Assembly (NCBI RefSeq): GCF_045037415.1
Contig: NZ_CP173438.1
Source: Escherichia coli
Lineage (GTDB): Bacteria > Pseudomonadota > Gammaproteobacteria > Enterobacterales > Enterobacteriaceae
Length of the DNA stretch: 64,000 bases
Strand: one strand, 5' to 3'
Under the pieces are notes generated by a model. It did no database searches. It saw nothing but the letters and a program-made list of their open reading frames with translations, and was not told the origin of the DNA. The translations under genes were made by a program, and so were the position numbers. Shown here in pieces: positions 53,908 to 64,000 of the stretch. Within the stretch, counting starts at the first letter, position 1, and every line of letters starts with the position of its first letter.

Positions 53908-56166
53908 TCAAATCAATCCTGCCAGATGGAATTCTTCATATAATCGTTTTGGCGTTAGCGGCAGTGTATTGATTGCAACACCGGTAGCCATCTTCACCGC
54001 GTTACGAATAGCAGCGGCTACAGGAATTATGGGTGGCTCACCCAGTGACTTATGTCCGTATGCGGATTGCGGCTCATTGATTTCGACGAACGCGCTTTCC
54101 AGTTGTGGCAGATCCGGCATGGTCGGCATTTTGTAATCCAGCAGATTGGGGTTACGGACCACGCCGCTTTTCGCATCGATGATCATCTCTTCAAATAGCG
54201 CCCAGCCAATGCCCATCCCCATTCCGCCGTGTACCTGACCTTCTGCCAGCAGCGGATTAAGAATATGGCCCGAATCATGAACGTTGAGGATGCGGTTGAT
54301 GGTTACTTTACACAGTGCAATATCGACCGTCAGATCAACAAAGGTACAGCCAAACGCCGGTGGGTTAGTGGTGGTTTTGATGGAGCTTTCGGCAGAGAGC
54401 TGCCCGCCGCGTTCAGGGTGGTAGAAAGCGTCCATCGCCAAATCTTTTAACGACATTAACGGCTCTTCCGGTCGTTCAACCAGCACGATATGGCCTTTTA
54501 TCAGGGTCAGATTCATCGCTGACTGATGTAGCATGACTGCGGCGTGAGCGATGATTTTCTCTTTTAATAACAGTGCCGCACTGCGCAGCGCAGGCGCGGC
54601 AACATAGCTCTGACGTGAGGCAAATGCGCCGGGGTCGAATGGTGTAACGTCGGTGTCTTGTGTCGAAATTACGCGGACATCGCTGACCGGAACTCCCACG
54701 GTTTCTGCCACCATTTGCGAGAACACGGTGTCGGCACCCTGGCCGATTTCCGTCGCGCCGCTTTGCACGTTGATGGTTCCATCCTGATTCATCAACAGGC
54801 GCGCGCCTGCTATTTCTACGCCGACAGGCCAGGTGTTAGAGGTGTAGCTAAAACAGGCGACGCCAACGCCACGACGTAAATTGCCTTGCTGGTTCTGGCA
54901 CTCTGCACGGCGTTTTTCCCATTCAAAGATTTTCCGGCCTTTTTCAAGACACTCCGGCAACCCTGCGCTGTAAATACGTTTTCCCGTGAGCGGATTAGCA
55001 TCTCCTTCGCGGGCGGCGTTGCGTAAACGAATTTCAACAGGATCAATACCTAACGCTGTCGCGGCATCATCAAGCATAGACTCAACGGCAAATACGACTT
55101 GTGGCGCGCCATAACCACGCATCGCACCAGCCGAGGGGAGGTTGGTATAGCAGGTCTTTGAACTGTAAGCGTAGGCACAACGAGGATAAAGGTAAGCGAC
55201 TTTATTCCCCCCAGCAGAAGCAATGGAGTGCCCGTGAGATGCATAAGCGCCGGTGTTAGACAGAACATCCAGACTATAACCTTTCAATGTTCCGTCGCGG
55301 TTCACGCCCATTTGCCCGTCAATAGTAAAAGCGTGGCGGGTACGGGTTGCGAGGAAACACTCTTCACGGCTAAGAGAAACTTTCACCGGAATGCCGCCAA
55401 GTTTGCTTGTCAGGAATGCCGCCATTGGCTCTTCCAGTACATCCTGTTTATTACCAAAACCGCCACCGATAAACGGTTTGATGACTCGTACGCATGACCA
55501 GGGAATATCCAGCGCCTGACCAACCACGCGGCGAACAATGTGCGGGATCTGGGTGCTGGAAACGATGGTAATTCGCGAGTCATCCTCCATCCATGCCAGC
55601 GATGTCACGCTTTCCATATGACAATGTTGAATAACGGGCGTCTGATAGTGCCCCTGTACCTGGTAGTCGGCGGCATCGATTGTTTGTTGGACATTACCCG
55701 TCGACATCGTGCTTTGTTTCAGTAAATTGCCACCGTTATGGATTGGTGCAGCGTCTTCTGCCAGCGCCGCTTCTGACGAGGTGATAACGGGTAATTCTTG
55801 CCACTCAATGCTGACCAATTGCACCGCTTTTTCTGCCGTGAGTTCATCGCGGGCTACGACGATGGCAACGGCGTCACCATGATGACGAACATGACGCGTT
55901 AGCAGGGCACGATCGGCAGTATCGCGCTTGTTTTCGTCAAGTGTCCAGGCATGCCCTGCCGTGGCGAATGGGATTTCTGGCACATCTTCCCAGGTAAAAA
56001 TCGCCAGGACGCCCGGCAAACTCCTGGCTTGTTCATCATTAATACTTACGGCATAACCATGTGCGATAGGGCTACGTACATATTTCGCGTAACACATGCC
56101 CGCCATAACATAATCGTCAGTATATCGTGCCCGCCCGGTGACCTTAGCAATGGCATCGACGCGCAT
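53908..56166 (-). CDS. xdhA: Xanthine dehydrogenase molybdenum-binding subunit
   Basis: Track ORF 53908..56205; start MRVDAIAKVTGRARYTDDY gives 752 aa. Confidence 0.93.
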   Translation of the reverse strand: MRVDAIAKVTGRARYTDDYVMAGMCYAKYVRSPIAHGYAVSINDEQARSLPGVLAIFTWEDVPEIPFATAGHAWTLDENKRDTADRALLTRHVRHHGDAVAIVVARDELTAEKAVQLVSIEWQELPVITSSEAALAEDAAPIHNGGNLLKQSTMSTGNVQQTIDAADYQVQGHYQTPVIQHCHMESVTSLAWMEDDSRITIVSSTQIPHIVRRVVGQALDIPWSCVRVIKPFIGGGFGNKQDVLEEPMAAFLTSKLGGIPVKVSLSREECFLATRTRHAFTIDGQMGVNRDGTLKGYSLDVLSNTGAYASHGHSIASAGGNKVAYLYPRCAYAYSSKTCYTNLPSAGAMRGYGAPQVVFAVESMLDDAATALGIDPVEIRLRNAAREGDANPLTGKRIYSAGLPECLEKGRKIFEWEKRRAECQNQQGNLRRGVGVACFSYTSNTWPVGVEIAGARLLMNQDGTINVQSGATEIGQGADTVFSQMVAETVGVPVSDVRVISTQDTDVTPFDPGAFASRQSYVAAPALRSAALLLKEKIIAHAAVMLHQSAMNLTLIKGHIVLVERPEEPLMSLKDLAMDAFYHPERGGQLSAESSIKTTTNPPAFGCTFVDLTVDIALCKVTINRILNVHDSGHILNPLLAEGQVHGGMGMGIGWALFEEMIIDAKSGVVRNPNLLDYKMPTMPDLPQLESAFVEINEPQSAYGHKSLGEPPIIPVAAAIRNAVKMATGVAINTLPLTPKRLYEEFHLAGLI

Positions 56167-56618
56167 GCATGATTCACCCGTAGCGGTTGCTTCCCGCGCT
56201 TCCATAGAAATCCCCTCGGTTTGAACATTTGGTTCTTATGGCAAAGATTTAGTCTTAGCAGGCAAGAATTACGCCAGAAACGACTATATGCGTGAGGGGA
56301 GGAAGGAAGTGTGATGACGTTAAAAAAACACAGATATGATACGAAACAGGACTCTGAATAGGGACAGTGATACGTATCAATATGAGTGGCGATAAAATCA
56401 ATGTGATAAATTAGGATTATTACGCATCAAGGTGGGAAATAGGGTAAAAGTCAGGAAATTCGATACCACTACAGCAAATATTTTGCTGATGATACTTCCC
56501 TTTGCCAAATGAAATTAACCTCTTTCTCTATTACATCGTTTTTCCAGAAGCAAGAGATTGGGTATCAAGAGGCTGGCTGCTATGATATGGCGTCTTGTTT
56601 TTTAAGCGAGGAAAGATT

Positions 56619-57374
56619 TTGAGTGCGGGACGCCTGAATAAAAAATCTCTGGGTATCGTGATGTTGTTATCGGTTGGACTGCTTTTGGCGGGCTGTTCGG
56701 GTAGCAAATCATCCGATACAGGAACGTATTCCGGCTCCGTTTACACCGTGAAACGGGGGGATACGCTATATCGTATTTCGCGCACCACGGGAACCAGCGT
56801 AAAAGAACTGGCGCGACTGAACGGCATTTCCCCCCCTTACACCATTGAAGTAGGTCAGAAACTAAAACTGGGTGGGGCGAAAAGTAGCAGTAGTACACGT
56901 AAATCAACCGCCAAATCCACGACCAAAACCGCATCGGTTACACCGTCATCAGCGGTACCGAAATCTTCCTGGCCGCCAGTAGGGCAACGTTGTTGGTTAT
57001 GGCCAACGACAGGGAAAGTTATCATGCCGTATTCGACAGCAGATGGCGGCAATAAAGGGATTGATATCTCAGCTCCACGAGGTACACCTATTTACGCCGC
57101 GGGTGCAGGAAAGGTGGTGTATGTGGGCAACCAGCTGCGTGGCTACGGTAATCTCATCATGATTAAACACAGTGAAGATTACATTACGGCTTACGCTCAT
57201 AATGACACGATGCTGGTAAATAATGGGCAAAGCGTGAAGGCTGGGCAAAAAATCGCCACTATGGGGAGCACTGATGCGGCATCTGTTCGCCTGCATTTCC
57301 AGATTCGTTACCGTGCAACGGCAATTGATCCGCTACGTTACTTGCCGCCTCAGGGCAGCAAGCCAAAATGCTGA
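56619..57374 (+). CDS. ygeR: LysM / M23-peptidase-domain lipoprotein (septal murein hydrolase activator)
   Basis: Track ORF 56595..57374; likely TTG start (RBS gaggaaag) giving 251 aa; lipobox LLAGCSG; C-terminal M23 (LytM) domain. Confidence 0.88.
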   Translation: MSAGRLNKKSLGIVMLLSVGLLLAGCSGSKSSDTGTYSGSVYTVKRGDTLYRISRTTGTSVKELARLNGISPPYTIEVGQKLKLGGAKSSSSTRKSTAKSTTKTASVTPSSAVPKSSWPPVGQRCWLWPTTGKVIMPYSTADGGNKGIDISAPRGTPIYAAGAGKVVYVGNQLRGYGNLIMIKHSEDYITAYAHNDTMLVNNGQSVKAGQKIATMGSTDAASVRLHFQIRYRATAIDPLRYLPPQGSKPKC

Positions 57375-57452
57375 TGGCGAATTAATCAGCAGTCAGCAGC
57401 GTGGTACTTGCTAAGGAGAGCGTAAGGTTTATAATGCCTTACGCATCTCGAA

Positions 57453-57526
57453 GCGGGCGTAGTTCAATGGTAGAACGAGAGCTTCCCAAGCTCTATACGA
57501 GGGTTCGATTCCCTTCGCCCGCTCCA
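57453..57526 (+). tRNA. glyU: tRNA-Gly (anticodon CCC)
   Basis: 74-nt sequence gcgggcgtagttcaatggtagaacgagagcttcccaagctctatacgagggttcgattcccttcgcccgctcca; cloverleaf with CCC anticodon in the cttCCCaag loop; 3' CCA encoded. Confidence 0.95.
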
Positions 57527-57842
57527 ATTTATCTTCACATCATCTACCTGCCATTTTTGTTGTATCTGATTTTCTATATTATCTTAATTCAAGCGCTTCA
57601 GACTTTTCGCAATCGCCGTAATACTTCCCCATTTTTTTGTAAATAAAAAGCGTTTACGCAATGCAATCGTCATGTATCTTAAATAGTCTTATTTAAGATG
57701 TTCAGAACTCTTTGTGTGTTTAACTGGCTGATAATTATATAATATTACGAGAGAAGTGATAGAGCGGAATAATAACAAATGAACATTATGAAAACTGGGA
57801 TGGTTCAAAATTGAAGCAATTTTGAACCATCCACAACGGATA

Positions 57843-59072
57843 TTAGCTAAAGAACATTACCGATACGCACAGGATACCCACGATCAGGGTAATCAGATTT
57901 CCGATGGAACGCCAGGGTTTAAGCGCCGGGATGAGATACGTTGACAGCGTAGGCATGATGAAAAGTATCATGGCAATGAGCGGGCCGCTGATCGCGTAAA
58001 TCATCGAAATCGCGTTCGGGTTAATGCAACAAACAATGAAGGTAATCAGCGATACCAACATAATTGATAGTGCGCGGTTAAATGCACGACTTTTCTTTAC
58101 ACCAACCTGCTGTAATGTTGTTTTGACGACCTCTGTGGCACCTTCAATAACGCCAAAGTACGTACCCAGGAATGATTTCGACATCGCAACTACTGCGACA
58201 ATAATCCCGGAAATTGACAACCATGCTGGGGCGTTCGGCAGCATAGAAAGCGCCGATAAAATGGTAACCCCTTCTTCTTTAGCCGCTTCAATATACGAAG
58301 GTGGAATAGAAAGCAGGCAGCTAAAGACAAAGAACAATACACTTATGCAGATGATGAGATAAGCGACTTTCATAATTTTTTTGCATTTATCCATAGCATG
58401 TTCGCCATATTTTTCACGTCTGTCTATGGCAAACGTAGAAATAATGGGCGTATGGCTAAAAGCGAAAACCATCACGGGAATCGATATCCATATCTGGTGA
58501 AGGGTATTCTGATTGAACTCTACCTGGGTTGTTAATAGATCAGGTTGCCAACTACCGACCAGGTAAATAGAAAGAAATAAGAAATAGGCAATCAATGGGA
58601 ATACCAAAAATCCCATTACCCGAATAGTGGCATGGCGTCCCATCAGAAAAATGAGATTCAGGATTAATACAACCCCCAGACTCACTAGCATACGGATGCG
58701 AAGATCAATAACCATATGCTTTGCCAGCTGTTCCGTAAGTGAGTTGGTAATTGCCACTGCATATATCAACACGACGACAAAAAAGGCGATGAAGTACAGC
58801 GTGGTAATCAGATTACCAATCTTCTTGCCATAGTAGTGTGTTACCGCGCCCGTTATCCCTTCACCTGCTGATGTTTTCGATGAGAGGATGAACTGGCATA
58901 AGGCTTTATGTGGCCAATATGTTAAAGGCCAGGCGACCAGAGCAGTAATAAACAGGACCACAGCCCCCGCCGAACCTAACTGAATAGGAAGGAAGAGCGT
59001 GCCTGCACCAACGGCTGTGCCGTAGAGTGCGAAACTCCACAGAGTTTCTTCTTTTGACCAAATATTAGACAT
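57843..59072 (-). CDS. yqeG: Amino-acid (Ser/Thr-type, HAAAP family) transporter YqeG
   Basis: 409-aa polytopic membrane ORF MSNIWSKEETLWSFALYGTAVGAGTLFLPIQLGSAG... Confidence 0.9.
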   Translation of the reverse strand: MSNIWSKEETLWSFALYGTAVGAGTLFLPIQLGSAGAVVLFITALVAWPLTYWPHKALCQFILSSKTSAGEGITGAVTHYYGKKIGNLITTLYFIAFFVVVLIYAVAITNSLTEQLAKHMVIDLRIRMLVSLGVVLILNLIFLMGRHATIRVMGFLVFPLIAYFLFLSIYLVGSWQPDLLTTQVEFNQNTLHQIWISIPVMVFAFSHTPIISTFAIDRREKYGEHAMDKCKKIMKVAYLIICISVLFFVFSCLLSIPPSYIEAAKEEGVTILSALSMLPNAPAWLSISGIIVAVVAMSKSFLGTYFGVIEGATEVVKTTLQQVGVKKSRAFNRALSIMLVSLITFIVCCINPNAISMIYAISGPLIAMILFIMPTLSTYLIPALKPWRSIGNLITLIVGILCVSVMFFS

Positions 59073-59326
59073 TATCTGAACGTATCATCTACAAATTAAA
59101 CAAAATGGAGGGCAATTTACCATAAACCAGGTTAAGTATGGGAGATTAACGCCTTATCTACCTCTCTATTGGTGGGTTAGTGGTTGCAAACCTTACGTGC
59201 CAGTTATGTCTCTGACTACTACTCAGGCGTATTTCCTTTGTGATAATGGTCACTTTTTTTAAACAATTAAGATAACTGTAATTAACAATCATTTACTATT
59301 GCACTGTTAATTGGTGCGAGGTTGTG

Positions 59327-60508
59327 ATGAAAGACGTTGTGATTGTCGGGGCGTTACGGACACCTATCGGCTGCTTTCGTGGTGCGTTAGCGGGTCATTC
59401 CGCCGTGGAACTTGGCAGCCTGGTCGTCAAAGCGTTAATAGAACGTACCGGCGTTCCTGCATATGCGGTGGATGAAGTGATTCTTGGTCAGGTGTTGACT
59501 GCAGGGGCAGGGCAGAATCCGGCAAGACAATCGGCTATTAAAGGTGGTCTTCCTAATAGCGTTTCTGCAATCACTATTAATGACGTTTGTGGTTCCGGGC
59601 TTAAAGCACTGCATCTGGCTACTCAGGCGATACAGTGTGGCGAGGCTGATATTGTCATCGCCGGTGGCCAGGAAAACATGAGCCGCGCACCACATGTTCT
59701 GACTGATAGCCGCACCGGCGCACAGCTTGGCAATAGCCAGTTGGTTGATAGTCTTGTGCATGATGGGTTGTGGGATGCCTTCAATGATTATCATATTGGT
59801 GTCACCGCCGAAAATCTGGCTCGCGAATATGGCATCAGCCGTCAGTTGCAGGATGCTTACGCACTTAGCTCGCAACAAAAAGCGCGAGCGGCGATTGACG
59901 CCGGACGATTTAAAGATGAGATCGTCCCGGTAATAACCCAAAGTAACGGTCAGACGTTGGTTGTTGATACCGATGAACAGCCACGCACTGACACCAGCGC
60001 AGAAGGCTTAGCCCGTTTAAATCCTTCATTTGATAGTCTCGGTTCTGTGACAGCGGGTAATGCATCATCCATAAACGATGGGGCAGCTGCAGTAATGATG
60101 ATGAGCGAAGCCAAAGCACGAGCGTTGAATTTACCCGTGCTGGCCCGCATCCGCGCATTTGCCAGCGTTGGTGTGGATCCGGCATTGATGGGAATTGCGC
60201 CGGTGTATGCGACCCGCCGTTGCCTGGAGCGTGTTGGCTGGCAGTTGGCTGATGTCGATCTTATCGAGGCTAATGAAGCGTTTGCTGCACAGGCGCTTTC
60301 GGTTGGCAAGATGCTTGAATGGGATGAGCGTCGGGTCAATGTTAATGGTGGTGCGATCGCACTCGGTCACCCGATAGGCGCTTCCGGTTGCCGAATCCTG
60401 GTTTCTCTTGTTCATGAAATGGTGAAACGTAATGCCCGCAAAGGACTGGCAACGCTTTGTATCGGCGGAGGCCAGGGTGTGGCATTGACCATTGAACGTG
60501 ACGAGTAG
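59327..60508 (+). CDS. yqeF: Acetyl-CoA acetyltransferase (thiolase II family)
   Basis: Track ORF 59324..60508; start MKDVVIVGALRTPIG gives 393 aa; thiolase active-site region (NDVCGSGL, C-terminal GGGQGVA). Confidence 0.92.
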   Translation: MKDVVIVGALRTPIGCFRGALAGHSAVELGSLVVKALIERTGVPAYAVDEVILGQVLTAGAGQNPARQSAIKGGLPNSVSAITINDVCGSGLKALHLATQAIQCGEADIVIAGGQENMSRAPHVLTDSRTGAQLGNSQLVDSLVHDGLWDAFNDYHIGVTAENLAREYGISRQLQDAYALSSQQKARAAIDAGRFKDEIVPVITQSNGQTLVVDTDEQPRTDTSAEGLARLNPSFDSLGSVTAGNASSINDGAAAVMMMSEAKARALNLPVLARIRAFASVGVDPALMGIAPVYATRRCLERVGWQLADVDLIEANEAFAAQALSVGKMLEWDERRVNVNGGAIALGHPIGASGCRILVSLVHEMVKRNARKGLATLCIGGGQGVALTIERDE

Positions 60509-60794
60509 CTCTGCATTACCTCCTTACCGATAAATATCTGCCGTCATTAATCTGTTGAATAATGATGGCTGGTGAGTCGACATACCTTTTCAGGGCTCCC
60601 TGATTTTTCCATTCTCATGACATATTCGTGATCGACACTGCACTTTTTTTAATCCTTAACTTGAAAATGAAACATTGTTTTATTTTTAATTGAAAACCCT
60701 ATCCCATGGGCATATCATCCCCTCATAGAGAAAACGAAACAGTGTTTTATTATTGTTTTCTATTTTCACGCTTCACTGATTATCGGAGGTTGAT

Positions 60795-61631
60795 GTGGAC
60801 GTAAGACAGAGCATCCACAGCGCGCACGCAAAAACGCTGGATACCCAGGGGCTGCGCAATGAATTTTTGGTTGAAAAGGTATTTGTCGCCGATGAGTACA
60901 CCATGGTTTACAGCCACATTGACCGTATTATTGTTGGCGGCATTATGCCGGTAACTAAAACGGTTTCCGTTGGCGGGGAAGTTGGTAAACAACTCGGCGT
61001 AAGCTATTTCCTTGAACGTCGCGAGTTAGGTGTTATCAATATTGGCGGTGCCGGTACGATTACTGTCGATGGTCAATGCTATGAAATCGGTCACCGCGAC
61101 GCCCTGTATGTTGGTAAAGGTGCAAAAGAAGTTGTCTTTGCCAGTATTGATACCGCCACTCCGGCGAAGTTTTATTACAATTGCGCACCCGCGCATACGA
61201 CGTATCCCACCAAAAAAGTCACACCGGACGAAGTATCTCCAGTCACGTTAGGCGATAACCTCACCAGTAACCGTCGCACGATTAACAAATATTTTGTCCC
61301 GGATGTGCTGGAAACCTGCCAATTGAGTATGGGGCTGACGGAGCTGGCTCCAGGTAACTTGTGGAACACCATGCCGTGTCACACCCACGAGCGCCGGATG
61401 GAAGTTTATTTCTATTTCAATATGGATGATGACGCCTGCGTTTTCCACATGATGGGGCAACCGCAAGAAACGCGTCACATTGTGATGCATAACGAGCAGG
61501 CGGTGATCTCCCCGAGCTGGTCGATCCATTCCGGCGTCGGAACCAAAGCTTATACCTTTATCTGGGGCATGGTCGGTGAAAACCAGGTTTTTGATGATAT
61601 GGACCATGTGGCCGTTAAAGATTTGCGCTAG
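60795..61631 (+). CDS. kduI: 4-deoxy-L-threo-5-hexosulose-uronate ketol-isomerase
   Basis: 278-aa [47 protein letters not shown]... Confidence 0.94.
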
Positions 61632-61660
61632 TTGTGGGCATAAACGAATAAGGTATTGTT

Positions 61661-62422
61661 ATGATTTTAAGTGCATTTTCTCTCGAAGGTAAAGTTGCGG
61701 TCGTCACTGGTTGTGATACTGGGCTGGGCCAGGGGATGGCGTTGGGGCTGGCGCAAGCGGGCTGTGACATTGTTGGCATTAACATCGTTGAACCGACTGA
61801 AACCATCAAGCAGGTCACGGCGCTGGGGCGTCGTTTTTTAAGCCTGACCGCCGATCTGCGAAAGATTGATGGCATTCCAGCACTGCTGGATCGCGCGGTA
61901 GCGGAGTTTGGTCATATTGATATCCTGGTGAATAACGCCGGATTGATTCGCCGCGAAGACGCTCTCGAATTCAGCGAAAAAGACTGGGACGATGTCATGA
62001 ACCTGAATATCAAGAGCGTATTCTTCATGTCTCAGGCAGCGGCGAAACACTTTATCGCGCAAGGCAATGGCGGCAAGATTATCAATATCGCGTCAATGCT
62101 CTCCTTCCAGGGCGGGATCCGTGTGCCTTCTTATACCGCATCAAAAAGCGGTGTGATGGGCGTGACGCGATTGATGGCGAACGAATGGGCTAAACACAAC
62201 ATTAATGTTAATGCGATAGCTCCGGGTTACATGGCGACCAACAATACTCAACAACTGCGGGCAGATGAACAACGTAGCGCGGAAATTCTCGACCGCATTC
62301 CAGCTGGCCGTTGGGGACTGCCGAGTGACCTGATGGGGCCGGTGGTGTTCCTTGCCTCCAGCGCTTCAGATTATGTGAATGGTTATACCATTGCCGTGGA
62401 TGGCGGTTGGCTGGCGCGTTAA
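61661..62422 (+). CDS. kduD: 2-dehydro-3-deoxy-D-gluconate 5-dehydrogenase (SDR family)
   Basis: 253 aa; SDR motifs TGCDTGLG and YTASKSGV (YxxxK). Confidence 0.94.
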   Translation: MILSAFSLEGKVAVVTGCDTGLGQGMALGLAQAGCDIVGINIVEPTETIKQVTALGRRFLSLTADLRKIDGIPALLDRAVAEFGHIDILVNNAGLIRREDALEFSEKDWDDVMNLNIKSVFFMSQAAAKHFIAQGNGGKIINIASMLSFQGGIRVPSYTASKSGVMGVTRLMANEWAKHNINVNAIAPGYMATNNTQQLRADEQRSAEILDRIPAGRWGLPSDLMGPVVFLASSASDYVNGYTIAVDGGWLAR

Positions 62423-62736
62423 TTCATTCCTCTTACTTTTATGACCCTGTCGCATGGCAGGGTTTTTTATACCTGTAGATCATCATAATCCATATCATGG
62501 TTATGAAATAATCCATATCAATTATCAATTGATGAACTTTATGAATTTTATCTGCTTTAAAATTAGGTGGTTAATAATAATCTCAATAATTCAACTTAAT
62601 TTGAAAATTGGAATATCCATCACATAACGACATGTCGTAGCAATTTAATCCATATTTATGCTATTTCCGACCTGACACCTGTGTGAATTGTTCACGTATT
62701 TTTTCACTATGTCTTACTCTCTGCTGGCAGGAAAAA

Positions 62737-64000
62737 ATGGTTACTATCAATACGGAATCTGCTTTAACGCCACGTCCTCTGCGGGATACGCGGCGTATGA
62801 ATATGTTTGTTTCGGTAGCTGCTGCGGTCGCAGGATTGTTATTTGGTCTTGATATCGGCGTAATCGCCGGAGCGTTGCCGTTCATTACCGATCACTTTGT
62901 GCTGACCAGTCGTTTGCAGGAATGGGTGGTCAGTAGCATGATGCTCGGTGCAGCAATTGGTGCGCTGTTTAATGGTTGGCTGTCGTTCCGCCTGGGGCGT
63001 AAATACAGCCTGATGGCGGGGGCCATCCTGTTTGTACTCGGTTCGATAGGGTCCGCTTTTGCGACCAGCGTAGAGATGTTAATCGCCGCTCGTGTGGTGT
63101 TGGGCATTGCTGTCGGGATCGCGTCTTACACCGCTCCTCTATATCTTTCTGAAATGGCAAGTGAAAACGTTCGCGGTAAGATGATCAGCATGTACCAGTT
63201 GATGGTCACTCTCGGCATCGTGCTGGCGTTTTTATCCGATACAGCGTTCAGTTATAGCGGTAACTGGCGCGCAATGTTGGGGGTTCTTGCTTTACCAGCA
63301 GTTCTGCTGATTATTCTGGTGGTCTTCCTGCCAAATAGCCCGCGCTGGCTGGCGGAAAAGGGGCGTCATATTGAGGCGGAAGAAGTATTGCGTATGCTGC
63401 GCGATACGTCGGAAAAAGCGCGAGAAGAACTCAACGAAATTCGCGAAAGCCTGAAGTTAAAACAGGGCGGTTGGGCACTGTTTAAGATCAACCGTAACGT
63501 CCGTCGTGCTGTATTTCTCGGTATGTTGTTGCAGGCGATGCAGCAGTTTACCGGTATGAACATCATCATGTACTACGCGCCACGTATCTTCAAAATGGCG
63601 GGCTTTACGACCACAGAACAACAGATGATTGCGACTCTGGTCGTGGGGCTGACCTTTATGTTCGCTACCTTCATTGCGGTCTTTACGGTAGATAAAGCAG
63701 GGCGTAAGCCGGCGCTGAAAATTGGTTTCAGCGTGATGGCGTTAGGCACTCTGGTGCTGGGTTACTGCCTGATGCAGTTTGATAACGGTACGGCTTCCAG
63801 TGGCTTGTCCTGGCTCTCTGTTGGCATGACGATGATGTGTATTGCCGGTTATGCGATGAGCGCCGCGCCAGTGGTGTGGATCTTGTGCTCTGAAATTCAG
63901 CCGCTGAAATGCCGCGATTTTGGCATCACCTGCTCAACGACGACAAACTGGGTGTCGAATATGATTATCGGCGCGACCTTCCTGACACTGCTTGATAGCA
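62737..64000 (+). CDS. araE: Arabinose:H+ symporter (MFS), 5' part; 3' end outside window
   Basis: ATG at 62737 opens a frame running to the window edge: [49 protein letters not shown]...; MFS sugar-porter motifs. Not in the ORF track because there is no stop in the window. Confidence 0.9.
   Translation, partial: MVTINTESALTPRPLRDTRRMNMFVSVAAAVAGLLFGLDIGVIAGALPFITDHFVLTSRLQEWVVSSMMLGAAIGALFNGWLSFRLGRKYSLMAGAILFVLGSIGSAFATSVEMLIAARVVLGIAVGIASYTAPLYLSEMASENVRGKMISMYQLMVTLGIVLAFLSDTAFSYSGNWRAMLGVLALPAVLLIILVVFLPNSPRWLAEKGRHIEAEEVLRMLRDTSEKAREELNEIRESLKLKQGGWALFKINRNVRRAVFLGMLLQAMQQFTGMNIIMYYAPRIFKMAGFTTTEQQMIATLVVGLTFMFATFIAVFTVDKAGRKPALKIGFSVMALGTLVLGYCLMQFDNGTASSGLSWLSVGMTMMCIAGYAMSAAPVVWILCSEIQPLKCRDFGITCSTTTNWVSNMIIGATFLTLLDS

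Noticed and set aside
23877-56166. In-frame TGA selenocysteine codons in the selenium-dependent hydroxylase cluster.
   Set aside because: All large ORFs here are uninterrupted; selenium dependence in this system is thought to involve a labile cofactor, not Sec insertion, and no SECIS-like context was noticed.
57401-57646. 81-aa ORF in the ORF track overlapping tRNA-Gly.
   Set aside because: It is the translation of the tRNA gene and AT-rich spacer and begins at GTG; the tRNA cloverleaf explains the sequence.

Overview
This 64-kb window reads as Escherichia coli core chromosome, in reverse-complement orientation relative to the K-12 map (serA at the left edge, araE at the right edge). I call 55 protein-coding genes plus 6S RNA (ssrS), tRNA-Gly (glyU) and the ibsC/sibC type I toxin-antitoxin pair; almost every ORF-track length matches the K-12 protein length I recall. 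Gene order: serA(3' end)-ibsC/sibC-ygfA-ssrS-zapA | ygfB-pepP-ubiH-ubiI | gcvTHP | bglA | yqfB-yqfA | ygfZ | sdhE-ygfX | fldB | xerD-dsbC-recJ-prfB-lysS | idi | then a ~32-kb block (uacT, ygfT-ygfS, ghxQ-guaD-xanQ, xdhD-ygfM-ssnA-ygfK, mocA, yqeC-yqeB, yqeA-hyuA-ygeY-dpaL-ygeW, ygeV, xdhABC) | ygeR-glyU | yqeG | yqeF | kduI-kduD | araE(5' part). I found no convincing evidence of a novel, undescribed system, and no CRISPR array, IS element, integrase or prophage. The most interesting content is the large, still poorly characterised purine-catabolism / selenium-dependent molybdenum-hydroxylase supercluster with its sigma-54 activator YgeV. Three apparent differences from K-12 stand out, all resting on my recollection of the reference: the ETT2 island remnant is absent next to glyU, ygfF is absent between bglA and gcvP, and xdhB carries a 12-aa C-terminal extension. 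Coordinates of features I placed by hand (RNAs, hairpins, small ORF) may be off by 1-2 nt; no database search was possible.
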